Below, one piece after another: positions 25,418 through 38,705 of a stretch of 64,000 bases of DNA. Numbering within the stretch: the stretch's first letter is position 1; the number at the start of each line of letters is the position of its first letter. The stretch comes from Octopus vulgaris (taxonomy: Eukaryota). A program made the position numbers and the translations under genes. The notes beneath the pieces are model-generated. The model was not told where the DNA came from, searched no databases, and saw nothing but the letters and a program-made list of their open reading frames with translations. The DNA lies in the NCBI GenBank assembly GCA_951406725.2, contig OX597814.1, forward strand, positions 95,108,001 to 95,172,000. The letters run 5' to 3'.

Positions 25418-27253
25418 CTAAAAAAAAGAAAAAGATAGCGAATAAAAATGAATCAAGAATATACTGATACAGATATTTTAAAACTAAAATTAATAAACAA
25501 CCACAAAACTAACAAGTTATTTTTTACAGTGGGTTACCATATTTACATGCTTACAAAAAGGCCTGACTAAATAATTCCTACTGAGTGATTCACTGGCTAA
25601 TAGAATGGACTTTTGGCATCAAATAAGCTGCCACAGACTAACAAGAGACTGTACTAGCAAGGAGCAATGAATAGTAGGATAGCACATGCAGCTCAACAAA
25701 TGTGCTATAAGAATAACTGCTTAATGCCACCTACTTTCCACTTTCATGCTGAATACAGTATAGCTTTTTGGAAATATACCCTTAAAGAAAATATTCACCC
25801 TCCCCCTATCTCTCAGTACACTCTTTCTTTCTTACTCTCCTTTATACTGGAAGCAATTGTAGGTGGCAGCTGCAATTGACCCCAGTCAAAATACCCATGT
25901 ATGTGTGCTAAATGCTGGCCAAATTCTAAATGCTACACTCAAAACCGATAGCAAGGTGCCATGGTGAGATGAAGTATATTGGAAATTGATCCTAAGTCAT
26001 TGCCGTGTGATAAGTATCATAGAGATATTACCAGAGATTCCATATTTGCATCCAAAAGAAAACCCAGAGGGGCTTGTATGTAGTTTGTAGAGAAAACATG
26101 AAGCCTGTCTATATGAAGAACTATCAAATAAGGCAAATAAATACTGGGGGAGTATGCCCATAGATTTAGGCATTAATTACTGAGCTCATTAAATACCAAC
26201 TGTTATCACAGCTTCACACACTTTCTGAAGACACAGTAATGAAATACAAATGTAACATGCTTGCAAGCCAGAGATTGCTACAGCACACACTGGCTCTATT
26301 AAGGTTTGAACTCATAATTGTGAGGTTAGTAGTTCAACAGCTAAACCTACACTTGAACATCTCTAAAAAAAATATATCTAGGTAGCTCCACTTATAATGT
26401 ACTTTAATTCTCTGAGAAAATTTTAATTATAAAATATAAGATGAGAAACTGGAAATATAGCCCAATAAATTTAATTGAAATGTTAAGAGATACAAATTTC
26501 AGTTTTCACCAAATAATTCTAAATTAGTGATGCAAAGACCATTTCCTCTTTGCTGACAAAGAGAGACAACAACAATTATGAAAATTGGGAGGGATTGAAA
26601 TTGCTTCAAGAGGATTTCTACATGATATTTCAGTGAGAAACCACAGCCAGCCAAATTTCCCTTAAACTATACTTTAACATCGTATAAATGACATACTGGA
26701 TAATGTAGTCCATGGTACACTAATTCAAAAAAACAAAAAGAAAAAAAATCGACTGGAGAGTCATTACTCAAATGGTTTTAATTATAGGTCAGCTTGATCA
26801 GGCCGGTTTGGAGCTCCACAACTAACACAGCCAAGGGTTGTAAGTTTAACAAAAATACAAGAATTTTAAACTATGGCATTTTACTTTAAATCAAACTTTT
26901 CAAATTTCAACTGAAAAACTATTTGTTTGAACACTTTTTGGAGTTTTTTTTTTCCATACTACCATCAGTCAGACAAGTCTTTAATACAAGATCACTTTAA
27001 GATACCAGTGCCAAGTCATTTTTTTCTGAGACCAAACCATCTTAGGTATCTTTGAACTATTTCCCATACTGCCTTTTATTTACCTCTTCCAAACTTACTT
27101 CCCACAACCAACTCAAGGCCCTTTTCACCCACCATCTGTTATTCATTCCCTAAATGCCCTTACAAACAAAACTGAATGCATATTACTCGTATTACATAAT
27201 TACCCAGTAAAAACAGGAGAGGAGAAGCAAAAAGAAAATATAAAACAACTTAC

Positions 27254-27353
27254 AAGAGAGAGACCCATTCCTTTGTAATTGTACAAGATATTCGCAAGCA
27301 ATTTGGATGCTGCAGCCACAGATATACGTTCCTTATTCCTTAGTTCATAGATC
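27254..27353 (-). CDS. PSMB5: PSMB5 exon 4 ([33 protein letters not shown])
   Basis: 100 nt; CAG acceptor and GTAAGT donor; near-identical to the known beta-5 segment. Confidence 0.97.
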
Positions 27354-27531
27354 CTGTAAGAAGAATGTTGATTGGCTTTATTTTCACTAGTATAAAGCTT
27401 AATTTTATACAGAAAGGAACTAGTTATAAATGATTTAATCAGCTCAAAAATGTAATGCAGTAGCTGGAATACTGAAGCTTGAACTCGTGCACATTTAGCC
27501 AATGATGGAGTAACTCAATATCACAGCCATT

Positions 27532-28050
27532 CATCATCATCATTTAACGTCCGCTTTCCATGCTAGCATGGGTTGGACGATTTGACTGAGGTCTGGCGAA
27601 CCAGATGGCTGCACCAGACTCCAATCTGATCTAGCTGAATTTCTACAGCTGGATGCCCTTCCTAACACCAACCACTCTGAGAGTGTAGTGGGTGCTTTTA
27701 CATGCCACCGGCACGACGGACAGTCAGGTAGTACTGGCAACAGCCACACTCAAATGGTGCTTTTAATGTGCCACCTGCACAGGAGCCAGTCCAGCGGCAC
27801 TGGCAACGACCTAGCTCAAATGTTTTTCTACATGCCACCAGCACAAGTGCTAGTAAGGCGACACAGGTAATGATCATGCTCTTAGTGCTCCACTAGCAAG
27901 GATACCAGTCATCAAATTTGATTTTGATTTCACTTGCCTCAACAAGTCTTCGCAAGTGGAGTTTAGTGTCCAATGAAGGAAAGGTATACATAAGTGGACT
28001 GGTTACACCCCTGGCATAGGCCACAAGGTTATGGTCTCACTTGCACTTGC
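27532..28050 (-). mobile_element. RTE 3'-end fragment in PSMB5 intron 3
   Basis: (ATC)n tail and RTE 3' UTR; closely resembles 47755-47917. Confidence 0.8.
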
Positions 28051-28540
28051 CAAGTCTTAAGTCTGGGAGACAAATGGATGCAGTGGCTGTCAAGGCAGTC
28101 ATCAATGCTAGACTCAGAAGTCTTAATGGGACACAATTTCAGTTGTAGATTTGATGGACAGTTGTTGATACTGTGGTTGTATAACAAAATTTTCTTCCCA
28201 ACCATGTGGTTTCAGGTTCAGTTCCACCACAGCACCTTTTACTTTTTTATTATAGCCCCAGGCCGACCAAAACCTCAAGAATGAATTTGCTGGGAAGAAA
28301 CTAAAAGATGATCATTGTGGGTGTGTATTTGTGTTGGTAGGTACGTGCATGTGTATGCATTGTCAGTTCTCCATTAAACAAACTGTCCAGTAACTTCATA
28401 TTTTCAAAGTCATATGGAATAAGAGGTTCCTTAAAATAACAGGTAGGGTTAGTATCAGGAAGAGCAACCTGCTGTAAAACAATATAATAACATATCTATC
28501 CAACCCATGCAAGCACAATATATATACATATATATATATA

Positions 28541-28870
28541 CAGTATCTCACAGAAGTATGTACACCCCTAAAAAATTTCAGTAAAATTGCCATTACACTG
28601 ATAAATTCAAAGGAAATCAAATAAAATTTATAGTGAATAAAATATATTATACATGCAAACATTATACAAATTTGGAACACAAAACAAACATTTTCAAAGA
28701 TATGAATGAAATATTAATTTTTAAACGATACAAAAACATGTACACCCTAAAGGATTATTTGCTATATTCAATATTTTATGCACATTTTTTTAATAAATTC
28801 AGATATTGCTGATTAATTTCAATTCTAATAAATTATTTCCCTTGGCATTTTTGCACCGATCATTGTTATT
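28541..28870 (+). mobile_element. Solo Tc1-like IR/DR terminal repeat
   Basis: TA|CAGTATCTCACAGAAGTATGTACACCCC, with the inner direct repeat ATGTACACCCTA at ~28738. Confidence 0.55.
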
Positions 28871-28984
28871 GCATCTGCAGGAATTCTGATTTGTGTACAG
28901 TGATGAAAATCTTCACTGTGATTAAAATGGCACCAAAAGGAAAAGAATTGTCTGAAGATTTGAAAAAAAAAATGAAAGCTATAC

Positions 28985-29096
28985 CTGCACTGTCTGGCTA
29001 GAACACGTTCCCAGTAGGCACAATCAGCAGCTCCTCCAGCCATGGTACCCAATAAGTATGGGTTGATTTCTATCACTTTCTTTACGGTTTGAGAAG
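28985..29096 (-). CDS. PSMB5: PSMB5 exon 3 ([38 protein letters not shown])
   Basis: 112 nt with AG/GT boundaries; contains Lys33, Met45, Gly47, Ala49 and Cys52 of beta-5. Confidence 0.97.
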
Positions 29097-32000
29097 CTAG
29101 AGAAAACAAGAACATTTGGTTTTACAATTGACAATGAATATCTAAGAAATGTTAAATGAAAAAAAAAAAAAGGAAGAAAATTTTTAGTATATCAATGAAG
29201 TGATTGTTTTTTAAATACATGAAAAGAAAGCACACCATCATCATTTTAATGCCCACTTTCCTATGCTTGCATGGGTCACATGCAATTTTGTTGAAGCAGA
29301 TTTTTTTACAACCAGATGCCCTTCCTGTAACCAACACTCACCTGTTTCCAAATAAGGTAATATTTCTTTGCAACCAAGAAGATTGAAAATAAAGGACACT
29401 ATCTGCATGATGGAGATATTCATTGCCAACTACCATGCAATGTCAAGGCAGGTAGACAGTAACTCACACACATACACACATCATTTAACAGCTGTTTTCC
29501 ATAGTGGCATGGGTTGAATGGTTTGACAGGAGCTGGTAAGGCCAGGGACTGCACAAGGCTCCATTTACTGTTCTGGCATGGTTTGTACAGTTGGATACAC
29601 TTCCTAATGCTAACTACTGTACAGACTGCACTGAGTACTTTTTATGTAGTACCAGTACCTTTAACATGTCACCAGCACAAGTGCTTTTTATATGGCACCA
29701 GCAGTGGTATCAATTCCACCATAGTGAATGGGTCTTCTTGAGAACAGCAAGGCATCAGATATACATACACACATGACCAGCTTCTTTCAGTTTCTGTCTA
29801 CCAAATCCACTCAAAAGGCTTTGGTTTGCCAGGGGTTATAGTAGAAAACACTTACCCGAAGTGCCACATGGTGGGATTGAACCCAGAACTATGTAGTTGA
29901 GAAGCAAACTTCTTACCATAAAGCTACACTTGCACTGACAATATATATTTTTATTCTATGTTCAAACCTTTCTTAGTCTGGTTTTGCCTTTCATTCCTCT
30001 ATGGTCAATAAAATAAATACAAAATTATGTACTATTGTCAATCTCAATGGTTATATATACTGTTCCTACAAATTTGTGGCCTTGCGTTGAAGTTAGTAAT
30101 CAGTAATTGAAAAGGCATTAAGCACCAATTGGTTTTATTTAGGGAGCCTAAATAAACATAATTTATCTTAATTTTTGTCTTTCTCTTGGATAAAGTTAAA
30201 TTTCAGAACAGATTAAACAAATCACAAAACTATTTGGTAGCACAAACTAAAACCATCAGATGCTACAAACAAGGTTTAAGAAAATTTGTCTTCAGTCATA
30301 TTTCAGTGACATCAAACAATAAATAAAAATCAACTTCTTATGAAGAATTATTTAAAATGAAATGAACAACATAACCAAATTATCGTTAATTAATCTCAGA
30401 CTATGGTACAAAGGTAGTCAGTTGAACAATTAAATGTGACTCACAGTCTATTGTCTCAGATATACCATGCATCTGCTAAGCCTAGAACTTTTGAAACAAG
30501 TTTTTACATTATTGTAGAGCCTTTCTAACCTGCTGCACAAGCAAGAGTTTAAAGTTAGTGCTTGGCTTAACACAACCCAAATAAAGCAACAAAAGAGTTT
30601 TCATGTAGCACCTCAACTTACTAGAAATAACATCCAAATTACAATTTAAAAAAGAAATGACGTGGACAGCGTAGTTATAGATATACCAAGAGACAGAATG
30701 TTAGGATTGGAATGCTTTTGATAACACTTCTGCTCCATTAGAACATTTATTCATGATATCTAATTGGAGGAATTGAGAATTAAGTCTTTGGTGGGAACAC
30801 AATGCAGGGCTTGTAAATATGATCTGACGGATCAGTCTTAGTCAAGCAGTTTTACAGCTTGCATGTAGTTACTTGAACCAGATGTAATTTATCAGATATA
30901 CCTGCTTCCACTCCAACAGGTAGTGCTGAATCATAAGTGGTAGACTGTGACAGCCTGGACATATTGTACTCTCTCCACTGGTTACTCTATTTCTATGTAG
31001 ATGTAGATTCTAATGGGAGTCACAGCAGACTTTTTAGGAATTATATAACATTAGTGTAGATGTCACATAGTAGATATTACTATCACTTAATATGTTTAGT
31101 TCAAATCGCAGAGGGTGACTTTACCTATATCATTCAAACAGTTCATAAAATCATCATTTTAGCATCCGTTTTTCTATGCTGGCATGGGTTAGACGGTTCG
31201 ACTAACTGGTAAGCTGGAGAGCTGTACCAGGTTCCAGTCTGATTTTGACTTGCTTTCTACAGCCGGATGCCCTTCCTAACACCAACCACTCTAAGAACGT
31301 AGTGGGTGCCTTTTACATGTCAGCATCATGAGTGTCTTTTATGTGTCACTGGCACAGCCCACAACTATGATTTCACTTGGCCTGACAAGTCTTCTCAAGC
31401 ACAGCAAACCTCCAAGGTCTCAGTAAATACCAAAAATATACTGGGATTAGTTCAATTTATGATACATATCCTCTACAAAATTAATAAGGAGCCTTGTCAA
31501 AAGTACACTACTAGTGTGCCATTACAAGATATGACTGTATAAATGAGATAATTAAGACTTGCTACACAAACAATTTAACTACTAATAATGGCAGCCAAAT
31601 CACACTCTATGACCTAAAAAAAAAGGGCACATTGGATAATGTAGTCCTAGATGGACTGTGTCTGGAAAAAAAGATGGGACGAATATGATTGTAACTCCTT
31701 TCAAGAAAAGTCTGCTCAAAGGATAAACAAATCACATACAAAAGTACAATAAGAAGGTAAACATCTATCAAAAACATTGATTAAAGAGGGAAATTTCAAC
31801 TGATGAATATTTTGTGTATACTGCTCAGTACATCTCTTAACTTTATCTCAATACATGCCATTGACTCGAGTTATTTCCCTAAGCTCATTTAAACTGTCAA
31901 AAAAGAAAACAATCATAAATTTTTGCTATATGTAAAAGTTATTGTCAACAGTTCAAAGCAACCAAGCAAGTTATATTATGTTGATGAAGTTCAAAGAGGA

Positions 32001-32297
32001 TGAAACATGTCCATAGTTGTCCGTTTGCCTGAAAATCAGACTAAATTGATTTAGGAAAATTAATTCTTAATTTCTTGAAATTATCTCCCCTCTTTTTTTG
32101 AGTATTACTTAACAATTACTACAAATTTGTTTTCTTTCCTTTTCTTTCTCCAAGGAAAATTTCAATTAATTTTAAATATTTCAGATACATCGTTCAGAAC
32201 ATCACCACTTTACTTATTAGTTAAATTATTTGCCAGTATAAATAAGTCAAAAAGCAAAAAAAAAGTTCACATACAAAATAAGTATTTTTCTACTAAC

Positions 32298-32442
32298 CAA
32301 TATAGGCACCAGCCGTAGCCCGGGAATCCACAGCGACAATGACACCATGTTGAAACTTGAATGCTAATGTAGTAGTTCCATGATTAAAGTGAATCTTTAC
32401 TTGACTTTTTTCATCTGTAAACTGCTTCAGGTTTTCAACAGG
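32298..32442 (-). CDS. PSMB5: PSMB5 exon 2 (PVENL...[29 protein letters not shown]), with the propeptide cleavage site and Thr1
   Basis: AG acceptor and GTTAGT donor; 145 nt; HG|TTTLAF autocatalytic site (Thr1 codon 32374-32376) and Asp17 of beta-5. Confidence 0.97.
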
Positions 32443-32478
32443 CTAAAAAAACAGAAAATTTCGGTGAAAATAATTTAA

Positions 32479-32699
32479 CCCTTTCATTACCAAACCGGCT
32501 GAAACCGCCCCTGGCTCTGAGTACAAATATCATATTTTCATAAGTTTTGAATTAAAATCTTCCACCAAACCTTTGTCACAATTTATGTTCCTAACACTAG
32601 CTTAATGATAACTAAGTTATTTTACTTAAATTCTTTGTTATATTTAAAGTAATTGAAAGAAACACAGAGCATCTTAAAATAAATACAGTAACGAAAGGG
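32479..32699. mobile_element. TTAA-type (piggyBac-like) MITE
   Basis: TTAA|CCCTTTCATTAC ... GTAACGAAAGGG|TTAA. Confidence 0.85.
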
Positions 32700-33688
32700 T
32701 TAAAACATATTGATATACTTGGGGACGATCATATTTTTTTTCTAATTAAATGCACACACAATTTATTTGCTCTTCACTTTTAGTTTATATTCATGTTATT
32801 TTTAATTTGTCTATCAAAGTTCTTTTGTCACACATTCTATGACCTCATCAGTGACTCTCTGTCCCATGTGTCTCCTCTTGTCCTGCTTATTTACATCAAG
32901 AATTTTGCAAAACAAATTACATAAATGTAATTTAAAAGAATCATTCTTAAAATAGTCAAATAAACCAAAACATTGTTTGGTTTTATTTTCATTGAACATC
33001 AATTTTTACTATGCAATTCTGGGTAGGAAGAGTTCTGCAAAAAAGTTATCTACTGCATATTGTGAATTAACTGACTTTATGGCTGGATGCCTTTCCTGCT
33101 GTTAAATAAGCACAGGCATGAGATGGCATGTGGTTAATAAGTTCCCTTCACAATCACATGGACTGGGTTTGTTGATCCCACAGCATGCCACATTGGGCCA
33201 ATGTCTTCAATCACAGATTTGGATCAATATAAGCCTTCTGGGTAGGTAGATTATGCCAAATCTTCAGATGCATTGTAGCAATATTGATGGAAACATTCAG
33301 ACCAGATGTCCAGTTTAAAGACTTAAAACTCTTCATCTCTTTCTTCCACCAGTCTTAGAGGTCCTGCAAAAATGCCATGAGCACTGTGCTTCTTCCTCTG
33401 ACTAATCTATTAAAAATGAAAAACTACTCATTCATTTATATCAGCAATATAGTTAACAAAAAGGAGGCAAGCTGGCAGAATCATAAACATGTCGGAGAAA
33501 CCGCATAGCAGCAGTTTTTCTAAGTGCAAATTCAGCCAAGGTTGACTTAGCTTTTCATCCTTTTAGAGTTGATAGAATAAGTCCAGTTTTGCACAGGACT
33601 CGATAGTCTGCAAGTTCTCTTGCCTTATAAGCAGGCTCAAGTCACTGATCAGAACTATCTCCACACAAACAGCATGCTAAAAATGTTA

Positions 33689-34194
33689 CGAGGGTGAGTC
33701 AAAAAGTAATGCCATTTTGTTTAGGACAGGCATAATTACCAACACAGGAACATGTATCATACATCAAAATGAAGCTGGTCCTCTGTGGATCACATCCCTA
33801 CTTCTCAACGTAGTCACTGTTTCCCTCAATAGCAATGTTTCACCTTCAAATGAGAGTATGTATCCCTGTCCTGTAAAATTCTGTTGACTGTTCTTTGAGT
33901 CACTTCTTCACTACAGCTTTCACTTCCTCTTCACTGGAATAATGTTTGCCTCTCAAACCCTCTTTCATGGGGCCAAAGAGATGATAGTCCAGTGACAAGG
34001 AAGTGAAAACTGTAGTGAAGAAGTGGCTCAAAGAACAGTCAACAGAATTTTACAGGGCAGGGATACATGCTCTCATTTGAAGGTGGAACACTGCTATTGA
34101 GAGAAACGGTGACTATGTTGAGAAGCGATGTGATCCACAGAGGACCAGCTTCATTGTCCTAAACAAAATGGCATTACTTTTTGACTCACCCTCA
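33689..34194. mobile_element. Fold-back mariner-derived MITE
   Basis: TA flanks; ~40-bp TIRs plus ~170-bp inverted arms encoding the mariner C-terminus. Confidence 0.88.
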
Positions 34195-35437
34195 TATTTC
34201 TTCCACTCAGCCCAGATGAGCATCAAAAATACATACACACAAAAAATAGCTGTAATATCAATCATCTTAATAATATCAAGTTGGAATGCACACCAACAAT
34301 GTAATGCAGGTATGCTCTGGTTAATTCTATTTTACCATCACCAGCATTTATGGGGTTGCAGAGAAATGGAAAGTTTACATGCTTTGACAGTTCTACTGCA
34401 CTTAATATTTATTCATGACTGGATGTCAGGGTGTACAATTTCTTTTTTTTTTTTAAAAAGGCAAAAGCATGATACAACTGGAAAAATAAACTGTAGGTTG
34501 CACTTAGCTATTCGACTGACTAAGCTTAGTTAAGTTAGCCAAAGGACTGCTCAATCGGACAGGATTTGGGGCTATGTAACAATAACCTGTCACTTTTCAA
34601 CCAAGTGGCTCTATAAACAGAAAATATCCTTGCAGATAAAGCTTCAACATTCACTATTTGCTTTATTTTCAGCACCAATCTGCTGGCAAACAACAGGTTG
34701 CTAAGTGTTGATACATATCCAGTCACTTGAGCTAAACAAGGCAACTGAACTCACTTGAAGTTAAATAACAAAACCTTCGTCCCCCAAAATTACTTCTTTT
34801 TCAGAGCTAAAAACTTCTTGAACTCTTAACATTCTACAAAGCTCAAGTGAGGTCCACAATGGGATACTGCTCTCACATCTGAGACGGTGATGCTATTACA
34901 TGTACATCTTAACTGCATCCAAAAGAAAAAGAAAAAAAAAAGACCATACAATACACTGGCATGGTCACCAACACACTCCAACTTCCAAAACATACATGTG
35001 ATATTGCCTGTGCCTCTTCTATTCCTACAACAGCCTCTACTCCACGGAGTTATTGATCATTTACCATCTCAAACCAACCCACCTTGCCCGTACCTCTTCC
35101 AATCGTCACTCATATTGTCAATTCTCGCTCCACTCCTGTGCGAAGTTCCCACATTAACCAACATGTCCAGTTCCTCCTTCATCAAAGTATACAAAGAATT
35201 TCCAACTAAAAGTTGTCCATGATGAACATCAATTGCATCGGCCTCACCTAACCCGGATAGTCTGCGAAAGCTATGCACCCAGTATCCTACATGAAATCAT
35301 TAAAAAGATTAATTTCAATGAACAAATTATTAGATATTTCAAAACAGTGCTAAATAGGATTAACATATTTTTGATAAAAACATAGCTCAATCTAATCTAA
35401 ACAGAATATAATTCAAACTAAAGCAATATAGGTACCG

Positions 35438-35482
<45 letters not shown>

Positions 35483-35612
35483 GTTAACTGTGTACACTCA
35501 AATATATAACGTATACTATATGGCAGTGTCTGTATATACATTCAGCCAACATGATGAAGCGGTTTTTCTTCTTTCAAAATGTACCCAGGTAATAATAGAA
35601 AATGAGACTTAC

Positions 35613-35756
35613 ATCAAAATTTTCAGGAATCGTAAAATGGTCTGATGAGTAAAGGACGTTATTAGTCAGTGAATTCGAGCCAAATGGTCCACTAGACAAT
35701 GAGAAATGATCTCTTCCGTAGTCGGTTGAGAAACCGCAAACTTCCATTAACGCCAT
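35613..35756 (-). CDS. PSMB5: Proteasome subunit beta type-5, exon 1 (propeptide MALMEVCGF...IPENFD)
   Basis: ATG in AAGATGGCG context at 35756; 48 codons; GTAAGT donor, phase 0; joins exon 2 in frame. Confidence 0.88.
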
Positions 35757-36465
35757 CTTTGATTGTTTATTAAACCGGAAACGGTTAAGCAAATCAATTC
35801 GGAAGTACTTCCGCTCCGGTTTCATTCATCATCATATTTCCATCAGCAAAAATTATGAAATTTTGCTTATATATTCTCAGAATAAAATAAATATTCAATA
35901 CATTTATTTTAATGAAAGGCGATGTTACTTCCGGAAGTACACCGCTACTTATACTGTAACATCGCCTAATAAAATATTATCCACAAAAGTTTACGGTTAA
36001 TTCATATTTAAAAAGTATTGAAGTGTTTATAAATTGACCGATTCTAAATCACTATACAATAATACACTAATTATATTGTAGCGAATCTATGTGTATCAGA
36101 GAGAGAGAATAGAGAGAGATGGGAGGGAGGAAGCGCAACATATAAGTTGAATTCATTGTCACCCCAACCCGGTTTCGTTTTGGCTATTTTAGCGGAAAAT
36201 GAAATACAGCACACAATCATTAACAATTAAGTTTTATGAAAACATACAGCAAAAAACACATACAATTTGAAATTTAAAACAACAGCATTTTAGATTTTTT
36301 AAATATCATTAATTTTTCTATTATATTTTTGCTAATGTTTTTAGCGATATATTAATTGTGACTCAATAGTTTAGTTTAGTTGATATTTCTTTCTATCTGC
36401 GAACAGCAATTGCTGCCATGTGTTGAAGAAATCCGTCAGCAGCAGAGGGAAATGTAGAAGACGCA
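35757..36465. promoter_or_regulatory. Bidirectional promoter and 5' UTRs shared by PSMB5 and SMIM13-like
   Basis: Divergent start codons about 710 bp apart; no recognisable transposon; palindromic ETS-type CGGAAGT sites at 35800-35813 and 35926-35939. Confidence 0.75.
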
Positions 36466-36544
36466 ATGACTGTACAAACAACTTTCATCTCCTTCTGCGT
36501 ATTTGTCTTTTGTTTTTTCATAGTATTATTATTTATTTTATTAG
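36466..36544 (+). CDS. SMIM13: Small integral membrane protein 13-like, exon 1 (MTVQTTFISFCVFVFCFFIVLLFILL)
   Basis: ATG, hydrophobic transmembrane stretch, consensus AG|GTAAGT donor, phase 1. Confidence 0.85.
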
Positions 36545-38673
36545 GTAAGTTCACCCTACTTCACCAATTTAATATGTACATTTCTCTGTTTTTTCATCGG
36601 GTAGGTAGATAGTTTGGGATGGTTCTATTCAGACTTAGTGTTTTGTTTACGTTTTTGTCCCACTTCTGTTTTTATTTTACAAACAAGAAAAAGAAAACAA
36701 ATGGCACAAATTATTTTTCTATATCTATTATATCAAATTTACTAATTATCTACTAGTTTTACCAATCGATCACTTTAGAACCTTATTTATTTTCGAGTGA
36801 AATGTTTCAGCAAACTTCTCTATCAATTGATAATTCACTTAAAAACTTTTTTCACTTTCATTCTTTCGCCTCTTCTCTGCAATCTTCCATTTTTATCATT
36901 ATTATTTTTGTCTTGTCCTAATGTTTTAAGATGACTGTGTTTGTAATCGTTATTTTTTCTATCCTTTAACTAGATGTCTCCTCTATGGATAAAACAAATA
37001 CACATATATCTATATATGTGCGTACAGATGTACTTTTCACATCATTGTATTTGTGTTATTTCTATGATATTCTGTTATTACGTTTAGAGGTGGGAAATCT
37101 TCTTCATAAAGTGAATGAGAAAAACACCTATAATATCAATAACGATTTATTTCAAAGTTTCCACCCCTGATATTGAAGATAAAATTCATTAAGCACGTGG
37201 GTGATTATTGCCGGGATGAGACATTCGATTACATTACTCAAGCGTATCTGTTAAATTATCGATCGTGGGAAGTTACATATAAAAAAAAATATTTTACTAA
37301 GTTGATCTAAGCTAAATCGAAATTAAATTCTGTAAATTATTGTTAATCCTCTGTACCATCAGCTCTCAGGCCACTTTATTATTTAATATGTTGTTCTTTG
37401 GTCCCTGGTCAGCCCTGATCGATTAGATCTATGATCAAAGACATTCCGGCTGTGGTTAACTCGAGTTTTTGTCTTGGACAGCAATGTCCAATATGTCTTA
37501 TTTAAGGTGTGATTTGGCTACTATTTCTAGCAGATCGAGCGACCTGATAGAGGTTTCATTGTTGTCTCGATCGCTTAACGTTTTATTCAATATATGACGT
37601 TTGTTCGATGCTTATAGTTTTAGCAATCACATTGACTCTAATAGATATATCCGTGGTTAAAAAATTATGGAGCAATTTTTGATGAAACAACAACCATCGC
37701 ACAATACAGTCTGTACATTGTCTTCCATACATGTGATGTTTGGGGTTTTCTTTATTCCTAACACACCTGCACATACTTATGCCAATAAATTTTATATTTA
37801 CTTCTATCTGGAAGTTATAAAATTTTATAGTGTACACCTTCACAACACAAGCCTAGGCTGATTCTTATGAAAATTTTCGGGTTTTCTCGGCTCTATAATC
37901 CCCTCCCATTCACTTATAAGTTTGATCTACTTTGAAATCACACACATACCAAACACATATGTTTGACAAGCCAACAAAGAGGTCTCTAAGTGATCGCACA
38001 ATTTGCTAGAAATAGCGACCCAATCTCTGCCAAAGCGCATATTAATGTCTTCAAATGCCACATTATTGTAATCGTAGTCTTAGATATACGAAATAACAGG
38101 ATGGTCATTGCTGGGACGCCTTTTTGTTTATTTAAGCTGACTTGGGACTAAACCACAACTACTAGACAGCTGGCGAAGTTTATTTATCTTTGCTTATGAA
38201 ATAAAATCAAAGTTACATCACACCAATCGTTAATGTTTCGATAATTTGAAACTGGTAACATCGGCAAAGTAACGTATGTTTATGAAGCAACGAGCCTCCA
38301 CGTGTGATCGCTCGACCTGCTAGTAATAGCATATAAATGTCCATGAAACTACACCCCATCATCTTATAGAGAACACACAGGACAATGTTGTCTGAGGCAC
38401 TCTATCCCAAAAGAAAACACTGACCATTGCTGGAATTGCCACCTACCTATAGGGCTGACCTGCGGTTAAACACGAACACCACCGTATGTTACCCTAATGT
38501 AGCTCTTTGCTACATCGAGTTCGTTAAGTGGAATAAATTATGTTTCTGTGGGTAAAAATAATTTGTAAACTTTGTATTTACTACTTTCTAACTCAGATCT
38601 TCACTATTTTCCTTGAATTCTATTTCTTTCTTCATAATATGTTAGCCACATATGTGTGTTTTAATTTTAAGTT

Positions 38674-38705
<32 letters not shown>

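Noticed and set aside
35757-35825. Longer PSMB5 N-terminus from the in-frame upstream ATG at 35825
   Set aside because: It overlaps promoter-type ETS motifs, and the MAL start at 35756 fits the beta-5 propeptide start and context better. It cannot be fully excluded without TSS data.
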